Below are positions 58,791 through 64,000 of a stretch of DNA of 64,000 nucleotides, one piece after another. The translations under genes were made by a program, and so were the position numbers. Positions within the stretch are counted from its first letter, which is position 1. Each line of letters starts with the position of its first letter. This stretch comes from an uncultured Candidatus Saccharibacteria bacterium (GTDB taxonomy: Bacteria; Patescibacteriota; Doudnabacteria; UBA920): positions 65,140 through 129,139 of the forward strand of contig CAZVXT010000002.1 of assembly GCA_964631145.1 (NCBI GenBank), written 5' to 3'. The notes beneath the pieces are model-generated. The model did not search any database. It saw only the letters and a program-made list of their open reading frames with translations, and had not been told where the DNA came from.

Positions 58791-61343
58791 ATGCCAATTG
58801 ACCAAAACACAATTATCATCGCTAGTATAGTTTTAGCCATTTTAGTAATGGTTTTTTTGAGTGTATTAGCATATTATGTTCATCGTCATTGGTATTACAC
58901 CAGAGTAATTGTTCCAAGAACAAAAAATTGGGTATTTTTAGAAGTGCAGATGCCTAAAGATAATTCTGAAGATAAAGAGCAAACAAGAACTCTAGAAGAA
59001 AAAAAGAATTTAATTGCTATCGCAGAGCAGCTCTTTACTGCATTGTCTGGTATTAGCCATCAAAATTGGTTTTGGCAGCCAAAAGATTATATTAGTTTTG
59101 AAATCGCATGCATAGATAAAAAAATATCTTTCTTTATTAATTGTCCAAAGCATTTGCAAGAGCTTATTGAAAAGCAACTGCAAGCACAATATCCTCATGC
59201 TTTTGTAGAAGAGATTAAGGGCTATAATCCTTTTCAGCCAAAGGGTGATTTAGAAGCATCAGAATTAAAACTTAACCAAGGTTATATGTTTCCTTTCCGA
59301 ACTTATAAGAATATGGAAACAGATCCTCTTAATAGTTTGACAAATGCAATGAGTAAGTTGTCCGAGCAAGATGGGGCGGCTATTCAATTTATTTTGTATC
59401 CAGCTGGACATAGGTGGCAAGAAAAACCTCGTCATATGGCTTTGGAGATTCAGCAAGGAAAGAATCCAAATATCGTGGCGAAATCTGCAACGGGAAGATT
59501 TATTAGTGAAGCCGGGCATGGCATTAAAGAAGGTGTATTAGGAAGAGATCAGCAGGATCATGAAGCGGCAAAACGCCGCGAGGATTTAAGTGGTTTTTAT
59601 AACCCTATTCACTTAACGCCTATGCAGCAAGAAATGGTAAAGCGATTTGAGGAAAAGGCTAGTCGACCTGGTTTTAATACAAATATTCGCATCATTACTT
59701 CTTCTAGTATTCCGGGAAATGCAAAAGTGATTATGCATAATTTAGTTGCGTCATTTTTGCAATACAATATGCCTCCGTTTAATGGTTTTTCTCGCAAACG
59801 TCGTCTTAAGAAGAGAGTAATTAAAGATTATATTTTTCGAATTTACAGACGCTATGGTCGAAAATATATTTTAAATACAGAAGAATTGGCAAGTCTTTGG
59901 CATTTACCAACCCCATTTTTAGAAACTCCAAATATCAAATGGCTTCAATCTAAAAAAGCTCCTGCGCCAATCGATATTGCTAGCGAAGGTGTTCTAATCG
60001 GTAAAAATATTTATCGTGGTTCTGAAACAAAAATTATGATGGCAAGGGAAGATCGTCGTCGTCATATGTATATCCTTGGTCGTACTGGTAGTGGAAAAAC
60101 AGAAATCATGAAGTATATGGCAACTCAAGACATAAAGAATGGCGAAGGTCTTTGTATTATAGATCCTCATGGTGATTTCATCGAGGATGTTTTGCCACAT
60201 ATTCCAAAAGAGCGCGCTGAAGATGTTATTTTGTTCGATCCTTCAGATATAGACAGACCAATGGGTCTTAATATGCTAGAAGTTAGAAGCGAAAATGAAA
60301 AAGACTTTTCTGTTCAAGAAATGATCAGTATTTTTTATAAGCTAGTTACAGATCCGGCAATGCTTGGTCCAATGTTTGAACATAACATGCGTAATGCTAT
60401 GTTAACGTTGATGGCAGATGAAGAACACCCTGGTACTTTAGTAGAAATTCCACGTATTTTTACAGATACTGATTTTCAAAAGTATAAAATCAGCAAACTT
60501 CATGATCCTGTTGTAAGGGCATTTTGGGAAAAAGAAATGGCTAAAACTTCTGATTTCCATAAATCAGAAATGCTTGGCTATTTAGTATCAAAAGTTGGGC
60601 GCTTTGTAGAAAATAGCATGATGCGCAATATTGTAGGGCAACCAAAAAGTTCTTTCAATTTTCGAGATGTGATGGATAATGGAAAAATTTTGTTGGTAAA
60701 TTTAGCAAAAGGAAAAATTGGCGAAATGAATGCTAAGTTATTAGGATTAATTTTGGTCAGTAAAATTCAAATGGCAGCTTTGTCTCGCGCTGATATGCCA
60801 GAAGAAAAGCGCCGCGACTTTTATTTGTATGTAGATGAGTTTCAAAATTTTATTACAGATGCTTTTTCTTCCATTTTATCCGAAGCTCGTAAATATAAAT
60901 TAAATTTGATCATTGCTCACCAATTTTTGGGACAGTTGTCACAAGGCGCTGGGGCTCATGGGGCAGGGAGCAGTGATTTGCGTGATGCGGTATTTGGTAA
61001 TGCTGGTACAGAAGTTTGTTTTCGTATTGGCGTAGAAGATAGCGAAATTATGGCAAAAGAATTTTCTCCAGTGTTTAACCAGTTTGATTTGGTTAATGTA
61101 GATCGTTTTAATGCCTTCGTAAAATTAATGATAAAAGGTACTGCAAGCAAGCCGTTTAATATGGCGACTTATCCTTTACCAAAACCAACTCCAGAAGAAT
61201 TACAAACCGCTCAAGCTATTAGGCAGTTGTCTCGATTGAAGTTTGGACGCGGTAGGGCAGAGGTAGAATCAGAAATTTTAGAAGCAAGCCAGATCGCAGA
61301 CATGATGGCTGCTGGGCAAGGTTCGATCGAAAAAACTATTTGA
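58791..61343 (+). CDS. membrane-anchored HerA/DUF87-type P-loop ATPase, VirB4/VirD4 (type IV secretion)-like
   Basis: N-terminal TM helix; Walker A GRTGSGKT followed by IDPHGD; Walker B LYVDEFQNF. Confidence 0.55.
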   Translation: MPIDQNTIIIASIVLAILVMVFLSVLAYYVHRHWYYTRVIVPRTKNWVFLEVQMPKDNSEDKEQTRTLEEKKNLIAIAEQLFTALSGISHQNWFWQPKDYISFEIACIDKKISFFINCPKHLQELIEKQLQAQYPHAFVEEIKGYNPFQPKGDLEASELKLNQGYMFPFRTYKNMETDPLNSLTNAMSKLSEQDGAAIQFILYPAGHRWQEKPRHMALEIQQGKNPNIVAKSATGRFISEAGHGIKEGVLGRDQQDHEAAKRREDLSGFYNPIHLTPMQQEMVKRFEEKASRPGFNTNIRIITSSSIPGNAKVIMHNLVASFLQYNMPPFNGFSRKRRLKKRVIKDYIFRIYRRYGRKYILNTEELASLWHLPTPFLETPNIKWLQSKKAPAPIDIASEGVLIGKNIYRGSETKIMMAREDRRRHMYILGRTGSGKTEIMKYMATQDIKNGEGLCIIDPHGDFIEDVLPHIPKERAEDVILFDPSDIDRPMGLNMLEVRSENEKDFSVQEMISIFYKLVTDPAMLGPMFEHNMRNAMLTLMADEEHPGTLVEIPRIFTDTDFQKYKISKLHDPVVRAFWEKEMAKTSDFHKSEMLGYLVSKVGRFVENSMMRNIVGQPKSSFNFRDVMDNGKILLVNLAKGKIGEMNAKLLGLILVSKIQMAALSRADMPEEKRRDFYLYVDEFQNFITDAFSSILSEARKYKLNLIIAHQFLGQLSQGAGAHGAGSSDLRDAVFGNAGTEVCFRIGVEDSEIMAKEFSPVFNQFDLVNVDRFNAFVKLMIKGTASKPFNMATYPLPKPTPEELQTAQAIRQLSRLKFGRGRAEVESEILEASQIADMMAAGQGSIEKTI

Positions 61344-61373
61344 TATAATTAAATTAAGTATTAATAATATTAT

Positions 61374-62861
61374 ATGGCAAGAAAACCTGGAGAATTTGGG
61401 ATACTTGGGCTAACCGAGCAGAATAAACAAGCTGCGGAGTTTGTTGGTATAAAAAATACTAAAGAAAATTGGGAAGCAAAAGATTCTAAGCCATGGAAAG
61501 AACGCTTTAAAGAAGGTGTTACTTATGCTAAAGATAAGATTTCAGGTTTAGGCGGTCATATCAAGGGTAAAATTAGAGATTTTAAGCAGCGTAACGAACT
61601 TATTTCGTTAAATATTTCTGGTGGACCAGAAGATAATAGCAAAAATAATTTTACAGAAGCAGATAGGCAAGAGCTTCATGGTAATTTAGAAAAATTGGTT
61701 AAACAACCTCAAAGTGGCACAGAAAAAGTTGGTAAAGTTATAGAAGGTGAAGCTATAAAAATTGGAAAACAAGAAGCTCCTACATTTGATCCGCAAGCAA
61801 AATATAATGAAAAATTTGGTATAAAAAATCGTCAAGATTCGGAAGCAATAACAAAAGAATTGCCAAAAATAGAAGAAGTTAACAAAGAACTAGCAGATAA
61901 ATCTGGAGAAGAAATTGCAGGTGAAGTACAAAAAGACGTAGAGGTTTTAGAAAATATTTCTGGAGAAGCAAGGTCCTCAGCAGAACGACGCCCAGACGGA
62001 GAATTGATTACTAACTTAGAACAAGTGGGCGAAAAAGCTAGCTTAAAATTAGAAGCTTTAAAATCGCAATTAGAACAAACAGATTCTTCTTCAGAAGATT
62101 TGCAAAAGCAATTTGGCGAGCTTAAGGCAAAAATGGATCAAATTCATCAAATGTTAGTTGAGCAAGGGGTTTTGGCTGGTTCTGAAGAAAAACAAGATAA
62201 TGTTGTAGATATGGCAGATTGGAAGGCTGCACGAGGTAAAGAATCTAAAGGTGAACAGTCTAGTGAGATAGATATCGAAACTGCAGAATTGTCTGGCGAT
62301 CAAGCCGTTGAAAAAGCTTTGGAACGATATGGTTTTATGTTTTTAGAAAAAGAAGATGGAGCGCAGTGGTTGGCGTCGAAGTTTGAAGATGGTGCTAAGA
62401 ATAATGCAGATATGACCATTGCTTTGGGAGTATTAAGACAATATAAAGATGATAGAGAAAATGGACAAATTTCTGGACTTGGAGCTATAGATGAAAATCA
62501 TGTGGTGAGTAAGGCAATTGATCATTTAGAAGGAGAGTATGATTATACTGGATATTATTCCAAACCAGAAAAAACTATTGCCAACTGGTTAGAAGCAGAA
62601 GCTAACCTTACAACTGATCCAGAAAAACAGCAGCAAGCAGAAAAACGATTAGAACTTATTAATCCTGATCAGCTTCTTAACAGAAATACTATGTTAGAAG
62701 CACAGCATGCATTAGAAGGTTTGCGTAAAGATAAAGATTTTTGGGGACAATTTGATCTAGATACAATAGATATGATGCAGCAACAATTAAAAACTGCACA
62801 AGAAAGACTGGATCAAAGTAGTAAATTTATAAAAGAAGACGTTAATGAGCAGGCGGCTTAA
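61374..62861 (+). CDS. hypothetical acidic coiled-coil protein
   Basis: ORF track; K/E-rich heptad-like sequence. Confidence 0.4.
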   Translation: MARKPGEFGILGLTEQNKQAAEFVGIKNTKENWEAKDSKPWKERFKEGVTYAKDKISGLGGHIKGKIRDFKQRNELISLNISGGPEDNSKNNFTEADRQELHGNLEKLVKQPQSGTEKVGKVIEGEAIKIGKQEAPTFDPQAKYNEKFGIKNRQDSEAITKELPKIEEVNKELADKSGEEIAGEVQKDVEVLENISGEARSSAERRPDGELITNLEQVGEKASLKLEALKSQLEQTDSSSEDLQKQFGELKAKMDQIHQMLVEQGVLAGSEEKQDNVVDMADWKAARGKESKGEQSSEIDIETAELSGDQAVEKALERYGFMFLEKEDGAQWLASKFEDGAKNNADMTIALGVLRQYKDDRENGQISGLGAIDENHVVSKAIDHLEGEYDYTGYYSKPEKTIANWLEAEANLTTDPEKQQQAEKRLELINPDQLLNRNTMLEAQHALEGLRKDKDFWGQFDLDTIDMMQQQLKTAQERLDQSSKFIKEDVNEQAA

Positions 62862-62867
62862 AATTAT

Positions 62868-63206
62868 ATGAATCAAATATTACAATTATGCACTCAATTA
62901 GTGCAGGCAAGTAATTTGTCAGATCCTCAAAAGCAAGCTTGGTTATCTCAACTATCAAGTGTTGGTATAACTTCGGAGTCCTTTTTGGATTTGCAAAAAG
63001 AGATTGAGCAGTCTAATCAAACTGCGCAGTTGGAACTAGACCAAAAGCTGGATGGAATATTAAAAGAAATTGATAATGTCGCCACAGAATTTAATCAAGA
63101 ATATAATGCTATTTCTGATCAGGTAAAAGAGGCAAAAAGCAATATTGCAAAACAACAAGAGCAACAGTTATTAAGCAAAGTTCGTGCTCAATTAGGATTG
63201 CAGTAG
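62868..63206 (+). CDS. hypothetical coiled-coil protein
   Basis: ORF track; Q/E-rich. Confidence 0.35.
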   Translation: MNQILQLCTQLVQASNLSDPQKQAWLSQLSSVGITSESFLDLQKEIEQSNQTAQLELDQKLDGILKEIDNVATEFNQEYNAISDQVKEAKSNIAKQQEQQLLSKVRAQLGLQ

Positions 63207-63441
63207 ATTTTCCAGACTATGAAATAAGCAAAATCAGAATAAATTATTAACGAATCTTTTGTGCACAGTTTGCAATTTTGTGTTAGCAAAATTAGCAAAC
63301 GTAGCACAATCTCGATGAGTGTTAATTTATTCTGATTTTGTTATTAAGAGCATCTAAATTTCTTAATTGTCAGCAATTATTGACAAAATTGTAAAATTTT
63401 GCTAGTCTTAAGGTGAGTTTTTAACTCATAAAATTTAAATT

Positions 63442-63954
63442 TTGGAGGAAAATGAAATGAAAAATTTCAATTTTAATTTCGTTGCTTTGATTTTCGCTTT
63501 AGCCTTATTAGCAATTGCTTGGATTTTGTTATACTTGGTCGGAATGCCAACTAATAAAACCATGAATGGTATTGTTACCGGGACTTTAATCATTTCGGCA
63601 TTATGCTTTGTTGTTTCTTTAACTTCAATTAAAGCATACTTGGTAAATTTACTACCATCGGTTTTATTTACTCTGGCAGTAATTGCAGGTGTAATTGCTG
63701 GTGCTTCGACTGTTGTCTCGCTTTTGTGGAAAGTTAACTTTCCTACTTATTACGGTTTAATTACCGCTACAAACGCTGCTCAGTGGCATGGATTTGCCAT
63801 GGCATGGGGATTTATTTCTCTGTTTGCCGGAATAATCTCTTGGCTAAACTTTTATCAGACCCAGTCTGAGCATCAAAAACTTTATCCAGATGATTCTAAG
63901 ATTAAAGCAACGACAACAACTGTCGGTGGCTTTGCCACCAGTAAAGGCAGTTAA
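63442..63954 (+). CDS. hypothetical membrane protein
   Basis: ggagga RBS upstream; 4 TM helices. Confidence 0.4.
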   Translation: MEENEMKNFNFNFVALIFALALLAIAWILLYLVGMPTNKTMNGIVTGTLIISALCFVVSLTSIKAYLVNLLPSVLFTLAVIAGVIAGASTVVSLLWKVNFPTYYGLITATNAAQWHGFAMAWGFISLFAGIISWLNFYQTQSEHQKLYPDDSKIKATTTTVGGFATSKGS

Positions 63955-64000
63955 TTATTTACGAGGTCTAGATATTATTTCTAGCCTCTTTTTTTTGTAA

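Overview
This is a 64-kb, very AT-rich (~30-35% GC) window with small-genome housekeeping gene content: radA, recG, clpC-type ATPase, recX, htpX, lemA, gatCAB, miaA, frr, rseP, an archaeal-type proS, mreBCD-mrdA, folD, greA, lysS, serS, a murF-like ligase plus an ftsQ-like gene, an ECF sigma factor, a class II photolyase, TspO, and a glycosylation cluster. It also contains many small hypothetical membrane proteins and two tRNA-Ser genes. The gene content and composition fit a CPR/Patescibacteria-like organism; that is an inference. The standout feature is a ~5-kb GC-rich (~50%) island at ~13.8-18.8 kb, bounded by a 22-bp direct repeat of a tRNA-Ser 3' end. The island carries a complete diversity-generating retroelement (DGR): a reverse transcriptase with the DGR-type LGNLTSQ motif; an upstream ~130-bp template repeat rich in AAC codons; and, on the opposite strand, a 614-aa target gene whose C-terminal variable repeat differs from the template at 16 positions, all of them template adenines. 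The RT's YxDD box reads YAND. Next to the intact tRNA-Ser are two diverged, truncated serine-recombinase copies joined head-to-head at a perfect 24-bp palindrome. Other signals are a CIRCE (HrcA) operator upstream of the Clp ATPase, an ~85-bp intergenic repeat present twice, a candidate sRNA with a consensus sigma70 promoter and terminator, a 17-bp palindromic motif shared by two gene starts around a GH1 locus flanked by paralogous hypothetical genes, and a membrane-anchored HerA/VirD4-like ATPase cluster.
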